Assembly: GCA_041653635.1 (NCBI GenBank)
Contig: JBAZFC010000001.1
Location: 433,723 to 497,722 of the forward strand
Length of the DNA stretch: 64,000 nucleotides
DNA from: Candidatus Micrarchaeia archaeon
GTDB taxonomy: Archaea; Micrarchaeota; Micrarchaeia; Anstonellales; Bilamarchaeaceae
Direction of reading: 5' to 3'
A model generated the notes under the pieces. It was not told the DNA's origin. It saw nothing but the letters and a program-made list of their open reading frames with translations, and made no database searches. This document shows, piece by piece, positions 8,963 to 19,141 of the stretch (position 1 is the stretch's first letter; each line of letters begins with the position of its first letter). A program made the position numbers and the translations under genes.

Positions 8963-11500
8963 CTACGCCCGCCAATACTTCTTATTCTTGATAAAATTCT
9001 TCTGAGCTTCCAGCAAATCAAGAAGCAGCAAATCCTCATCCTTGTGCAGTTTGCTTAAAATCCTGTCCGCGGTCTTTGGCCCAACCCCGAAAACGGACAG
9101 GGCAAGCAGCCCCTTCTTCCCATAAGCCCTCAGAATAGCCGCCTTCGCGGCGAGCTCCTCCGGCTCACCCGGCCAAATAGTAAGGGAAGTGCGCCCGCAC
9201 TTGTGGCACTTGAAATTCTCCGGCGCATTCGCCACGGTGGTAAGCCGTTCGGCTCCGCACGACAGGCAATGGAGTGTAATCTTCTTCTTTTCCAGCTCCT
9301 CGCGTATGGATTTCAGCATCGCCTCGCGTGGCTGGATTGAGGGCACGCCCTCCTCTTTCCTCTTTATCCCGACCATCGCGAAGAAAGAGAGCTTCTCCCT
9401 CTCCTCAAACACGAGCGCCGGTTCTTTCTTCATGATTCCGAGAAGAAGCCTCTTCGCCCCTTCCAGGTCAAAATATTTCCTGAATATGGAATTCAGCGTC
9501 TCATCATACACCGGCGTATCCACCATCAATCTAATGAGCTTCGTTCCCACCATCGCGTCCTCGCCAAACATCCCGAACATCCTTCCGGTGTGCAGGAACA
9601 CGAGGCGCAGCGCAGATGAATTCCACAGGGATTCTTCCGCATCAAATTCCAAATCATAGGGCACGAGCGCCGCATCTATCCATTCCTTTTTCGCCGGAAA
9701 AGGAAGCCGGAGCATCACCCTGTACGGATCCGTAGCCACCGCCACTTCCGCCCCCAGCTTTTTTGCCAACCTAAGCTGCAAAACTCTTCCAAGAGTATAA
9801 TTTATCCTCGTCCCGAGGCAGGAATGCAAAATCACGGATTCCTTCGCAATCTCCACAAGTATTTTTTTGTCGTCGGGCACAACCCTCTCCCCATGCTTCT
9901 CCTCATCCGCTCCGCGCAGCCTCCCGACCTCCTGCGCAACTTCCTTATGCACGGGTATGTCCTCGCCCACCCAGTCCGGAATCACGAAATCCGCGGAGGC
10001 AGTCTGCTCCGCCAATAATTCCGAGGACAATTCAATCATCTTCCATACCTTCCCTTTTGAGGAGAAGAACTCCCCTGGCGTGAGCGTTGCAACGAACCTT
10101 TCGTCCAGCGAAGCCACAATCTTGTTCGTGCTTGCGTCCCTCAGGGCATACTTCCTCTCCTTAGGAATGGTGGTCAGATTATAGAAGTAATATTCCCTCC
10201 CCGCCTGCCTTATCGCGGAGGTGTTGTCCGGATTAAGGAAGATTAGCCGCTCCCTCTCCAATTGTTTTACGACGCGCTTGAACTCATCCGGCTTCAGCGC
10301 GAACGCATACGCCCTGTTTAGTATCTTATAAGCGTCATCCACATTCATTCTTCCCTTATCCAGCAGCAATCCCACGAATTGGTGAGCCGCAACATCCATC
10401 GCGCCCCGCACCACCTCCCTCTCTTCCAAGAAGCCGCCCTCAAACTTATCCTTTATCGCGCGCGCCTCCATCCACTCGTCATAATCTCCGACGACTATTT
10501 TTCCGGAAGGCCTGAGGTGCATCGCGTGCCCGCTCCGCCCCACCCTCTGCACGAGCCGCGCCACTTCCCTCGGCGAATTAAACTGTATTATCTCCTCCAT
10601 GCCCCCGATATCTATCCCCAATTCCAGCGAGGAAGTCGCCACCACTGTCTTGGTTTCCCCTCCTTTCAGCCCCTCCTCCGTCTTCAGCCGCACCTCAGCA
10701 GAAAGCGAGCCATGATGTATATCTATTGGAACCTTTTCCATATCCAGATAAGTCGCAAGCGCCTCCGCGGTGCTCCTCGTATTTACAAATACAATCCTTC
10801 TTTTCCCAGCTTCCTTCTCAAGAATGTCCTTCACTTTCTCGAAAATCTTCTTCTGCCCGCCATACGCCTTGATTATCTCCAAATCCAGTTCCCTTCCGGC
10901 CCCGGCCTCAATCACGGAGAATTCCCTCTCACCGCATATGAGCTTCCCCGCCTCGCGCGGCTTCGCGACCGTCGCGCTCAGCCCTATGCGCTGGAAGTCC
11001 GCGACCTCCGCCAATCTTTCCAATCCCATTGAGAGCTGCGTCCCGCGCTTGTTGTTCATGAGCTCGTGCACTTCATCAACAATCACGTGCTTCACATTAG
11101 CAAGATGAGCCCTCATCACGCGGCCCACCAATATCGCCTGCAATGTTTCCGGCGTCACAATGAGCAATTGCGGAGGCGAAGCCCTCTGCTTTCCCCTCTC
11201 GCTCACGCTCGTGTCCCCGTGCCGCACCGCGTGCGTGATGCCCGCCTGCTCGCACCACCAGTCCATCCTCTTCTTCATGTCCCGGTTGAGCGCCCGCAGC
11301 GGCGTAATATACAAACAGGAAATCCCCTTCTTCCCATGCACCATTTCCAGCACGGGGAGCAGCGCCGCTTCTGTTTTACCGGAGCCCGTGGGTGCCACTA
11401 GGAGAGCGTTCTTCCCCTGCAGGAGCACAGGCATCGCCTTCTTCTGTATTGCCGTAGGCTCAGGGAACCTTTTTTTGAACAATTCGGCTATAGTCTCCAT
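8963..11500 (-). CDS. lhr: Lhr-type large ATP-dependent helicase
   Basis: 845 aa. Walker A APTGSGKT, DEVH box, helicase C domain, C-terminal zinc ribbon (CLSCG...CHKCG) and HhH-like tail. Confidence 0.85.
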   Translation of the reverse strand: METIAELFKKRFPEPTAIQKKAMPVLLQGKNALLVAPTGSGKTEAALLPVLEMVHGKKGISCLYITPLRALNRDMKKRMDWWCEQAGITHAVRHGDTSVSERGKQRASPPQLLIVTPETLQAILVGRVMRAHLANVKHVIVDEVHELMNNKRGTQLSMGLERLAEVADFQRIGLSATVAKPREAGKLICGEREFSVIEAGAGRELDLEIIKAYGGQKKIFEKVKDILEKEAGKRRIVFVNTRSTAEALATYLDMEKVPIDIHHGSLSAEVRLKTEEGLKGGETKTVVATSSLELGIDIGGMEEIIQFNSPREVARLVQRVGRSGHAMHLRPSGKIVVGDYDEWMEARAIKDKFEGGFLEEREVVRGAMDVAAHQFVGLLLDKGRMNVDDAYKILNRAYAFALKPDEFKRVVKQLERERLIFLNPDNTSAIRQAGREYYFYNLTTIPKERKYALRDASTNKIVASLDERFVATLTPGEFFSSKGKVWKMIELSSELLAEQTASADFVIPDWVGEDIPVHKEVAQEVGRLRGADEEKHGERVVPDDKKILVEIAKESVILHSCLGTRINYTLGRVLQLRLAKKLGAEVAVATDPYRVMLRLPFPAKKEWIDAALVPYDLEFDAEESLWNSSALRLVFLHTGRMFGMFGEDAMVGTKLIRLMVDTPVYDETLNSIFRKYFDLEGAKRLLLGIMKKEPALVFEEREKLSFFAMVGIKRKEEGVPSIQPREAMLKSIREELEKKKITLHCLSCGAERLTTVANAPENFKCHKCGRTSLTIWPGEPEELAAKAAILRAYGKKGLLALSVFGVGPKTADRILSKLHKDEDLLLLDLLEAQKNFIKNKKYWRA

Positions 11501-11560
11501 ATTATTGCACTAATATTTCCCTTCGGGAGTATTTATTCCTTTCTGGGGTGCGCTTCCACC

Positions 11561-12463
11561 CTATTCCTTCCCAGGCTTCACTTCCAAACTCATCCCATCC
11601 TTCGCAATCTCCGTGTTCTTGAAAATCGCCTTCGCCTCTGAGAGCAGTTCCTTTTCCGCATCCGCATACCTGCAGCTAATATGAGTAAGAATGAGTTTTT
11701 TCACACCCGCCTTCTTCGCAATCCGCGCCGCATCCGCGGCGGTGGTGTGCATCCTCCCTTCCGCCTCGTCCCCCGTTCCCTCGCCGAAAGTCCCATCATG
11801 TATCAATAAATCCGCCCCGCGCGCAGCAAGCACCACGCGTTCCGAGGGCATCGTGTCCCCCGTATAAACTACTTTTATCCCCTTCCGGACCCAGCTCACT
11901 TCCTCCAATTTTATTTTCTTGCCGCCAACTTCCACGACTCCCTTCTCCTGTATTTCTCGGAAAAGCTTTCCCTTCAATCCGCGGCCCTTTGCCTCCTTCT
12001 CGTTGAATTTTACTTTATCATCTTCGTGGAAAACCAGCCCATAGGACTCTTTCCCGTGCTCCACCCTGAATGCAGAAATGGAATAATCCTTTCCGCGGTA
12101 AAGCTCTTCCTCGCGCATCTCCCCCATCTGCACGAAATCCGGGTTCCGCATGAACGAGGGGCTCATCGCCTCAATCATCATCCCCAGCCCACGCGGCGCA
12201 AAAACCTTGAGGTGCGCCCTCTGCGTGTTCATCCTTATGGTCTCAATCAATCCGAACACTCCCAGAAAGTGGTCAAGGTGCAGATGAGTGATGAATATCG
12301 CCTCCACCCCGCCGTACCCCACCCCCCTGCGCATCATCTCGCGCTGCGTCCCCTCGCCGCAGTCCCACAGGAACAATTTGTCCCAGTGCAACGCGATGGC
12401 CGGCATGGCCCTCTTCACGGACGGGACGGCGCCGCCGGTCCCGATGAAATCAACCTTCAGCAT
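11561..12463 (-). CDS. rnz: Ribonuclease Z (tRNA 3' endonuclease)
   Basis: 300 aa. Metallo-beta-lactamase HLHLDHFLG motif, short-form RNase Z length. Confidence 0.85.
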   Translation of the reverse strand: MLKVDFIGTGGAVPSVKRAMPAIALHWDKLFLWDCGEGTQREMMRRGVGYGGVEAIFITHLHLDHFLGVFGLIETIRMNTQRAHLKVFAPRGLGMMIEAMSPSFMRNPDFVQMGEMREEELYRGKDYSISAFRVEHGKESYGLVFHEDDKVKFNEKEAKGRGLKGKLFREIQEKGVVEVGGKKIKLEEVSWVRKGIKVVYTGDTMPSERVVLAARGADLLIHDGTFGEGTGDEAEGRMHTTAADAARIAKKAGVKKLILTHISCRYADAEKELLSEAKAIFKNTEIAKDGMSLEVKPGKE

Positions 12464-12487
12464 GCGTATTCACCTGAACGATAAAGG

Positions 12488-12520
12488 ATAAAAAAGAGGT
12501 TGCATCCCATCCCGGATGCA
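12488..12520 (-). terminator. Hairpin plus T6 terminator downstream of sepF
   Basis: Inverted repeat TGCATCC-N6-GGATGCA, followed on the minus strand by a T6 tract. Confidence 0.4.
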
Positions 12521-12556
12521 CAAAAAGATGAAAATAGAAAAATGAAAGTACGCCGA

Positions 12557-12949
12557 CTACATCTTCTCAGGCGCGGGCTTCTGCTTGCTCTTCACAATCT
12601 TCACTTTGGACGGTGTGAGCATCACAAGTTCCTGCGTGAGGAGCGCTATGTCGCCGTTCATCTTCTCAACGGTGACCTTGAGCTTGCCGATTATGCCCTT
12701 CAGGCGGTTCGGCTGCTTCGCGAGCGGAGTAACATTCACTATTATGATGTTCTTGCTCGTGAGCTCCTTCAGCGCGAGGTTGGCGTCGCCCTCGTTCCTG
12801 AGGTCTATCCTCTTCACGTAGAAATCCGCCGGCGGATTCACCACGTCGCCTTCCTCCTCCATCTCGAGGTATTGCCCGAGGTCAGGCTCGTCAGTTTCTT
12901 TCTCTTTCCCGAATATCTTGTCGAATATTCCCATCCTGTCACCTGCCAT
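12557..12949 (-). CDS. sepF: SepF-like cell division protein
   Basis: 130 aa. MGIFDKIFGK N-terminus and DUF552-like C-terminal domain similar to archaeal SepF. Confidence 0.7.
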   Translation of the reverse strand: MAGDRMGIFDKIFGKEKETDEPDLGQYLEMEEEGDVVNPPADFYVKRIDLRNEGDANLALKELTSKNIIIVNVTPLAKQPNRLKGIIGKLKVTVEKMNGDIALLTQELVMLTPSKVKIVKSKQKPAPEKM

Positions 12950-13064
12950 GGTCGTCTGTCCAGCTATTGAACGAAAAGGATTATTAAACCCACTCTCATG
13001 CCTGCCGGAACCCCGTTTCCACTATTCTTATTAACGTTTCCAATCAAAATGATGCCCGGTATAC

Positions 13065-14246
13065 ATGCCTTCTTTTGGGGAGTTCGCATCTCCTTCCAGG
13101 ATTTTCCGGGACAGGGACGTCCTCTCACCGCATTTCATACCCAACACGCTGCATTTCAGGGAGCACCAGATACGCGAGCTGATGTCCATTCTCGCGCCCG
13201 CGCTGCAGGGCAAGAAGCCGCGCAACCTCATGCTATACGGAAAAACGGGCACGGGAAAAACATGCTGCACGAAGCACGTCTCCAGGAAGTTTGAGGAGGA
13301 GAACCCGAACGCGAAGATAATCTACATCAACTGCAGGATGTACAACAAGCCCTACAGGATACTCTCAAAGGCGATAAAATCCCTCACGGACGGCGTGGAC
13401 AAGCAGGGCTACGGCCTGCCTTTCTATTACGAGAAGATGCTGGAATGGTGCGGAACCGGCAGGCAGCTAATCCTCATCCTTGACGAGATAGACATGGCGA
13501 AGAACATAGATGAGCTCATATATACCCTTACAAGGGCGAACGACGAGCTGGAAAAGGGCGGCGTTTCCCTCATCGGGATTTCCAACCGCCTCACGTTCAA
13601 GGAGGGGCTGGACCCGAGGAGCAAGAGCAGCCTGTATGAGCGGGAGATGGTCTTCCCGCCCTACACCGCGCCGCAGTTGCAGAAGATTTTGCAGCAGCGC
13701 GTGGATCTCGCATTCAAGGAGAACGTGATAAGCGCAGGGGCCATAAACCTCGCGAGCGCCTTCACTGCGCAGGATTCCGGGGACGCCCGTTATGCGCTCA
13801 AATTGCTATTGCGCGCGGCTGAGCTTGCGGAGGAGAGGAGCCTCTCCAGGATTTCGGACGCCGAAGTGAAGGAGGCGAGGGACGTCGTTGAGACCGACCT
13901 CGTGAAGGAAGCTGTGGACAAATTACCTGAGCACCACCAATTGGTTTTGTACGCCGTAGGCCGGCTCACCCTTTCCGGGAGCAAGTACGCGCGCTTTGAG
14001 GACGGGAAGGACGGCTACCTCTTTTCCGGGGATGTGTATGAGGATTATTCCGAGCTCTGCTCCAAGCTGAGGAAGGCGGCCAAGACCGCGCGCTCTTATA
14101 GGAGTTACCTTACTGATTTGGAGATGCTCGGCCTCGTGACCACGGTGGAGAGCGGCAAGGGGATCCGCGGGCACACCAAGCTCATAAAGCTCGGGCACAC
14201 CCCGCAGGAGACCGTCTCCATGATGCGGCAGAAATTCGGTGAATGA
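13065..14246 (+). CDS. cdc6: Orc1/Cdc6 replication initiator
   Basis: 393 aa. LPHRE-type N-terminus (FREHQ), Walker A GKTGTGKT, AAA+ fold plus winged-helix C-terminus. Confidence 0.9.
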   Translation: MPSFGEFASPSRIFRDRDVLSPHFIPNTLHFREHQIRELMSILAPALQGKKPRNLMLYGKTGTGKTCCTKHVSRKFEEENPNAKIIYINCRMYNKPYRILSKAIKSLTDGVDKQGYGLPFYYEKMLEWCGTGRQLILILDEIDMAKNIDELIYTLTRANDELEKGGVSLIGISNRLTFKEGLDPRSKSSLYEREMVFPPYTAPQLQKILQQRVDLAFKENVISAGAINLASAFTAQDSGDARYALKLLLRAAELAEERSLSRISDAEVKEARDVVETDLVKEAVDKLPEHHQLVLYAVGRLTLSGSKYARFEDGKDGYLFSGDVYEDYSELCSKLRKAAKTARSYRSYLTDLEMLGLVTTVESGKGIRGHTKLIKLGHTPQETVSMMRQKFGE

Positions 14247-14765
14247 ATGGACGAAACGGATTTCGTATTCCAGGCAGGCGCGCTGCGCAGGGTGGAGCGC
14301 TCGGGCTGGAGGACAGTGGGCATAGAGCCGGAGAGCGTCTCCGAGCATTCCTACCGCGCGGCAATCATAGCGTATATTCTCGCAAAAAAGGAAGGGGTGA
14401 ATCCCGAGAAGGCATCCCTCGCCGCAATTTTCCATGATTTGCATGAGGTCCGGATTAATGACATCCATATAGTAGGAAAAAAATACCTTTCAATAGACGA
14501 GAAGAAGGCGCGCTCAGACACGTTCGCGCCCCTTCCCGAAATCCTGGGGCTTTTCAAGGACGAAAAGATAATGCGCGTCGCGGGCGACGCGGACAAGCTT
14601 GAACTCATATTCCAGGCAAAGGAGTACAAGGACCTCGGCAATCCGTACGTGCAACAGTGGATAGACCGCGCCTCCGCGCTGCTGAAGACCGATTCCGCGA
14701 AAAAAATGGCCAAGGAGGCGGTGAAGAGGGACGCTTTCAAGTGGCTTTTTGAGGCGAGGGAATGA
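14247..14765 (+). CDS. HD-domain phosphohydrolase (YfbR-like)
   Basis: 172 aa. Conserved H...HD motifs (SEHSYR, IFHDLHE). Confidence 0.7.
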   Translation: MDETDFVFQAGALRRVERSGWRTVGIEPESVSEHSYRAAIIAYILAKKEGVNPEKASLAAIFHDLHEVRINDIHIVGKKYLSIDEKKARSDTFAPLPEILGLFKDEKIMRVAGDADKLELIFQAKEYKDLGNPYVQQWIDRASALLKTDSAKKMAKEAVKRDAFKWLFEARE

Positions 14766-15172
14766 AGCCAATAGCATTGCTGGCGCTCGGCGCGTTCCTG
14801 CTCATCCTTGCCGGCTGCACGGGCACAATCTCCAATGATGAGGCCAATTGCGCTGAGAACCGCACCGCCACCCCCTGCACGAACTCCGCGCTCTGGTACG
14901 CGGTCCTGCACAAGGACGTCCCAACCGCGCTTTCAATGTGTGCGCGCATAGAGGCCGGGGACGCATTCACCGGCTCGGGAAAGGACCGCTGCTACATGGA
15001 GGTCGCCCGCACCACGAACGACGTCACAATATGCAACAATATAGATTCCCTGAACACCGTTACGAAGGGGCTGTGCATAGACCGGGCGAAGCCGCCAAGG
15101 GAGAGCACCTTCTGCATCCCGGCATTGGTGCTTCCGGTGCTGGCGCTTGTTTTAATCGCGAGGCGCTCGTAA
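14762..15172 (+). CDS. Cys-rich secreted lipoprotein-like protein
   Basis: 136 aa. Signal peptide ending in lipobox-like LAGC, many Cys, C-terminal hydrophobic anchor. Confidence 0.5.
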   Translation: MKPIALLALGAFLLILAGCTGTISNDEANCAENRTATPCTNSALWYAVLHKDVPTALSMCARIEAGDAFTGSGKDRCYMEVARTTNDVTICNNIDSLNTVTKGLCIDRAKPPRESTFCIPALVLPVLALVLIARRS

Positions 15173-15186
15173 AGGCGCGCCACAAT

Positions 15187-16437
15187 TCACAATTCCAATA
15201 CGTCCCCGTTCTTCGGCGCGTAAACCTCGTGCCCCATCGCCTGCAATTCGTTCTGGAATTCCAAAATCCTGTCCCCGTGGTTGAGGACTATTCTTTCAGG
15301 GTCCGCCTTCTTTATGTATTCCAGGAGGTCGCTCCTTCCCGCATGGGCGGAGAAATCGTAATATGACCAGGGCAAATCCACGTCAAGGATGTTCCCGTCC
15401 AGGTCTATCTTGTTCTCGTTCATCACCCTCCAGCCGTTCGTCCCCTCCACATTATACCCGGTAAATATCATCTTTGACTGGGGCAGCATGTTCAGGAGGT
15501 ATTTGAGCGCAGGCCCGCCCTGCAGCATGCCCGCGGTGCTTATGATGATTGAGGGCATGGATGTCGCATCCCTCCTGTCCATCTCGTCCTTCACGAACAC
15601 CACGGTGCCCGCCATCTCTGCGAAGGATTCCGCATCGTTCATGTAGTTCCCGTGCTTCTTGTACAATTGCGAAACGGCCTTCCCCATCCCGTCCACGAAT
15701 ATGGGCGTGTCCGGCATGAGGGAGCGCACTATGGATATGAGCTCCTGCGTCCTCCCCACCGCGAACGACGGGAAAAGGACGTTCCCCTTATTATCTATTA
15801 TCTCCTCCATCTCCTTCTTCAATTTCTTCTCCAGTTGTTTCCTGTCCGGGTGCTCCCTTGAATGGTATGTGCTCTCTATCACCAGCACGTCCACTTCCCT
15901 GATTGGCTTCGCGCCCTTGTGCATCCGCGTCTCCCCGAGCTTGAAATCGCCCGTATATACGAACCTCCTCCCCTTCCATTCCGCCTCCACCATCGCCGCT
16001 CCCAATATGTGCCCGGCGTCGTGCAGGGTGAATTTCGTCTCCTCCACGTGCACCTTCTGCCCATATTTCACCGGCACGAACTTCCTCTGCGCCTTCGCGA
16101 CGTCCACCGCGTTGTACGGGCACTCCTCCCCCATTATCTTCATGCTGTCCGGCCAGAGGATGGATGCGATGTCCAGCGTCGGCTGCGTCCCGAACCAGTT
16201 TATGTTCTCGTGCGTGAAAAGCTCCGGAAGGTAGCCAGAATGGTCAAAGTGCGCATGGCTGAGTATCATCCCATCCAATGGCCCCTGGTACTGCGCCGGG
16301 AACATGTCCCTCTTCCCGCCCGGCTGGTATATCTTCAACCCGCAGTCCAGCATCACCTTTACGTCCGTCTCAAGGACGAAGCAGCTCCTTCCCACTTCCT
16401 GCCCCGCGCCGAGGCATTGAAGTCGTATTTTTTCCAT
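15187..16437 (-). CDS. Archaeal CPSF2-type beta-CASP ribonuclease (aCPSF2, no KH domains)
   Basis: 416 aa. HAHFDHSG metallo-beta-lactamase motif plus beta-CASP region. Confidence 0.8.
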   Translation of the reverse strand: MEKIRLQCLGAGQEVGRSCFVLETDVKVMLDCGLKIYQPGGKRDMFPAQYQGPLDGMILSHAHFDHSGYLPELFTHENINWFGTQPTLDIASILWPDSMKIMGEECPYNAVDVAKAQRKFVPVKYGQKVHVEETKFTLHDAGHILGAAMVEAEWKGRRFVYTGDFKLGETRMHKGAKPIREVDVLVIESTYHSREHPDRKQLEKKLKKEMEEIIDNKGNVLFPSFAVGRTQELISIVRSLMPDTPIFVDGMGKAVSQLYKKHGNYMNDAESFAEMAGTVVFVKDEMDRRDATSMPSIIISTAGMLQGGPALKYLLNMLPQSKMIFTGYNVEGTNGWRVMNENKIDLDGNILDVDLPWSYYDFSAHAGRSDLLEYIKKADPERIVLNHGDRILEFQNELQAMGHEVYAPKNGDVLEL

Positions 16438-16462
16438 TGGCTCGCCGCCCCTTATGCTCGGC

Positions 16463-16480
16463 GTGCATTTTTAAATTTTC
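16463..16480. promoter_or_regulatory. Symmetric TATA element serving divergent aCPSF2 and acdB promoters
   Basis: GCATTTTTAAATTTTC centred about 27 nt from both the acdB ATG (16498) and the aCPSF2 ATG (16437). Confidence 0.4.
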
Positions 16481-16497
16481 TATTGGATGCCTAACCC

Positions 16498-17127
16498 ATG
16501 GCCGCGAAGATTCCGGAGTTTGCCCTGCTTGAGAAATACGGAATCAAGCTCATACCATACGGAATCGCAAAGGATGAGAAGGAAGCCGCCCGCATCGCAA
16601 AGAAGCTCGGCTATCCCGTCGCGCTCAAAATCATCTCTCCCGAAATCACGCACAAGACCGATTACCATGCGGTGAAGGTGGGGCTCAAGAACGAGGAGAG
16701 GATGCTCGCGGCCTACGAGGACATAATGGAGAACGTCCGCGGCCACAAAGTTTCCGGGATGCTCGTGCAGAGCATGGCCCGCAAGGGCTTGGAGCTAATT
16801 ATCGGGGGAAAGAAGGACCCGCAATTCGGGCATATGGTCGTCCTAGGTTTGGGCGGCGTATATGTGGAGGTGTTCCGCGACGTTTCCGCGCGCATCTGCC
16901 CAATCCAGCGCCAGGACGTAAAAGAGATGGTGATGGAACTCCGCTCCAACCCCCTGATAATGGGCGTCCGCGGCATGAAGCCCATAAACATAGACGCATT
17001 GGAAACCTTGATGCTGAAGGTTTGCAGGATGATGCTGGAGGAGGACGTCCTTGAGATGGATTTGAACCCCGTCATCTTTGACGAGAAGGGATATGATATA
17101 GTGGATGTGCGTTTGAGGAGGGACTAA
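16498..17127 (+). CDS. acdB: Acetyl-CoA synthetase (ADP-forming) beta subunit, ATP-grasp
   Basis: 209 aa. ATP-grasp domain, immediately precedes the alpha subunit gene. Confidence 0.8.
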   Translation: MAAKIPEFALLEKYGIKLIPYGIAKDEKEAARIAKKLGYPVALKIISPEITHKTDYHAVKVGLKNEERMLAAYEDIMENVRGHKVSGMLVQSMARKGLELIIGGKKDPQFGHMVVLGLGGVYVEVFRDVSARICPIQRQDVKEMVMELRSNPLIMGVRGMKPINIDALETLMLKVCRMMLEEDVLEMDLNPVIFDEKGYDIVDVRLRRD

Positions 17128-17128
17128 A

Positions 17129-18517
17129 ATGCGAGAGGATGTAAAAAATCTCAAGTATGTTTTTGAGCCCTCCTCCATCGCGGTCATAGGCGCTTCCCCA
17201 ACAACCGGAAAATTAGGGAACGTCGTCCTCAAAAACATTCTAGACAGCAATTTTGAGGGAAAAGTTTATCCCGTGAATCCGAAATATGAAAATGTGCTTG
17301 GGCTGAAATGCGCCCCGGATGTGAAATCCGTAGAAGGCACTCCGGACCTCGCCATTTTCGCCATCCCTGCGGAACTCATCCCTGATGTGATGGAACAATG
17401 CGGAAAGAAGGGGGTGAAGGGCGCGATTGTGCTTTCCGCCGGCTTTGGGGAAATAGGAAGGAAGGACCTGGATGAGAAATTATCCTCTATTGTAAAAAAA
17501 TACAAAATCGCCCTCATAGGCCCGAATTGTTTGGGCGCATTGAATCCCGCGAACCGCGTGGATACCCTATTTTTCCCATTCTACAAATTGGGCCGCCCGC
17601 GCATCGGCGACATTTCCTTCGTCACGCAGAGCGGCGCTGTGGGCAGCTGCATCGTGGACATGGCCGCCTATTTTGGGATTGGATTTGCTAAATTCGTTTC
17701 ATACGGAAACGGGCTTACCCTTGATGAGTCGGACATAATAGAGTATTTCGGCTCTGATGAGCACACGAAGCAGATTTTGCTCTATTTGGAAGGGACAAAA
17801 GACGGGCGCAAGCTGCTGGAAGTGATGCGCCGCGTAAATAAGAAAAAACCAATCATCGCTTTGAAGGCAGGGAAGGGCGCGGGCGCCTCCAAAGCCGCGA
17901 TGTCCCATACCGGAAATATCGCAGGCAATTACACCGCATATCAAGCCGCTTTCCGCCAGGCAAAAGTGATAGAGGTGAATTCCCTCGCCGAGCTTTTCCA
18001 TGCGGTGAATGCATTCAGCCAACCTTTTCCAAAGGGGAACCGTGTCGCCGTGCTTACGGACGGAGGCGGGCTAGGCGTCCTTACCGCAGATGCTATTGAG
18101 GCAGAAGGGATGCGGCTCTCCCAGCTTTCCACAGCCACTTCAAAGGTAATCAAGAGCATCCTCCCGCCCTACGGAAACGTGGGGAATCCAATAGACATAA
18201 TCGCGGATTCCGGACCTGACCAGTACAAGAAGGCTTTGGACGCGCTTATCGCGGACGATGGCGTGGATACCATAATAGTAATAGTTCTATTCCAAGCCCC
18301 TGCTTTGGACTCCAGCATCCTGGACATCATAGTTACAGCTTCTGACCAGCGCAAGAAGCCCATATTCACCGTCGCGGTTGGCGGCGACTACACAAATGAA
18401 AGCAGGAAAGTCCTTGACAGGTACGGCGTGCCTTCCTATGATTCCCCTGATTTCGCGGTGAAGGCATTGAAGAGATTCACGGACTACGGATTACTTCTTT
18501 CTAAGAAGAAGAAATAG
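17129..18517 (+). CDS. acdA: Acetyl-CoA synthetase (ADP-forming) alpha subunit
   Basis: 462 aa. CoA-binding Rossmann N-terminus (IAVIGAS), succinyl-CoA-synthetase-like fold. Confidence 0.85.
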   Translation: MREDVKNLKYVFEPSSIAVIGASPTTGKLGNVVLKNILDSNFEGKVYPVNPKYENVLGLKCAPDVKSVEGTPDLAIFAIPAELIPDVMEQCGKKGVKGAIVLSAGFGEIGRKDLDEKLSSIVKKYKIALIGPNCLGALNPANRVDTLFFPFYKLGRPRIGDISFVTQSGAVGSCIVDMAAYFGIGFAKFVSYGNGLTLDESDIIEYFGSDEHTKQILLYLEGTKDGRKLLEVMRRVNKKKPIIALKAGKGAGASKAAMSHTGNIAGNYTAYQAAFRQAKVIEVNSLAELFHAVNAFSQPFPKGNRVAVLTDGGGLGVLTADAIEAEGMRLSQLSTATSKVIKSILPPYGNVGNPIDIIADSGPDQYKKALDALIADDGVDTIIVIVLFQAPALDSSILDIIVTASDQRKKPIFTVAVGGDYTNESRKVLDRYGVPSYDSPDFAVKALKRFTDYGLLLSKKKK

Positions 18518-19141
18518 ATGGTCCATCTCAAACGGCTCCAGATCTATCCTTTCAACAACCTCAAACGTCCCCTCCAATTCCTTTTCCACCCTCGCATAGA
18601 TTTCCGATGGTTTTTTCGTCACATCTATGCTCTGGGACTTGATTGCAATCATCCCATACCCGCCCTTCTTCAGGAAGCGGGCGTTCTTTATCATCATTTC
18701 CGCCTGCTCGGGGTGGGCGACGTCCTCAAAAACCACATCCACATTTCCCACTTCCTCGTAATCCTGCGGCTTCCCTGCATCCGCGAGTATTGGAATGACA
18801 TTCTGCCTCACTTCGCACAATTGCAGGAGGGATTTCATTGAATGCGCGGATATTTCCACAGCATAGACCTCTCCCGTTTCCCCCACTATATCTGATACAT
18901 GGGAAGTGGTGGTGCCGGTGGCCGCCCCCAGATAGAGAACTTTGGAGCCCGGCTTTATGGGCATGGTTTTCAGCCCCCGCCTTATCGCGGCGCCCAGCTT
19001 GCTGCGGTTCGGGTTCCAGGAGCGGTACTCCACACCCTCTATTTTGTAGGTGTCCTCGCCGTAAGCCTTCTTCCCCGGAACAAGATTCCTTGTAAGGAGC
19101 ATTCCCTTGTTCTCGTACACTCCCTTGAACAGTTCCATCAT
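18491..19141 (-). CDS. flpA: Fibrillarin rRNA/tRNA 2'-O-methyltransferase
   Basis: Fibrillarin core (KVLYLGAATGTTTSHVSDIV). Its ATG forms an ATGA overlap with the upstream ORF's stop codon. Confidence 0.9.
   Translation of the reverse strand: MMELFKGVYENKGMLLTRNLVPGKKAYGEDTYKIEGVEYRSWNPNRSKLGAAIRRGLKTMPIKPGSKVLYLGAATGTTTSHVSDIVGETGEVYAVEISAHSMKSLLQLCEVRQNVIPILADAGKPQDYEEVGNVDVVFEDVAHPEQAEMMIKNARFLKKGGYGMIAIKSQSIDVTKKPSEIYARVEKELEGTFEVVERIDLEPFEMDHLFLLLRKK

Noticed and set aside
17056-17085. tRNA T-arm-like motif GGATTTGAACCCC inside acdB
   Set aside because: Flanking sequence cannot form T-stem, acceptor or anticodon arms. It is in-frame coding sequence (EMDLNPVIF).
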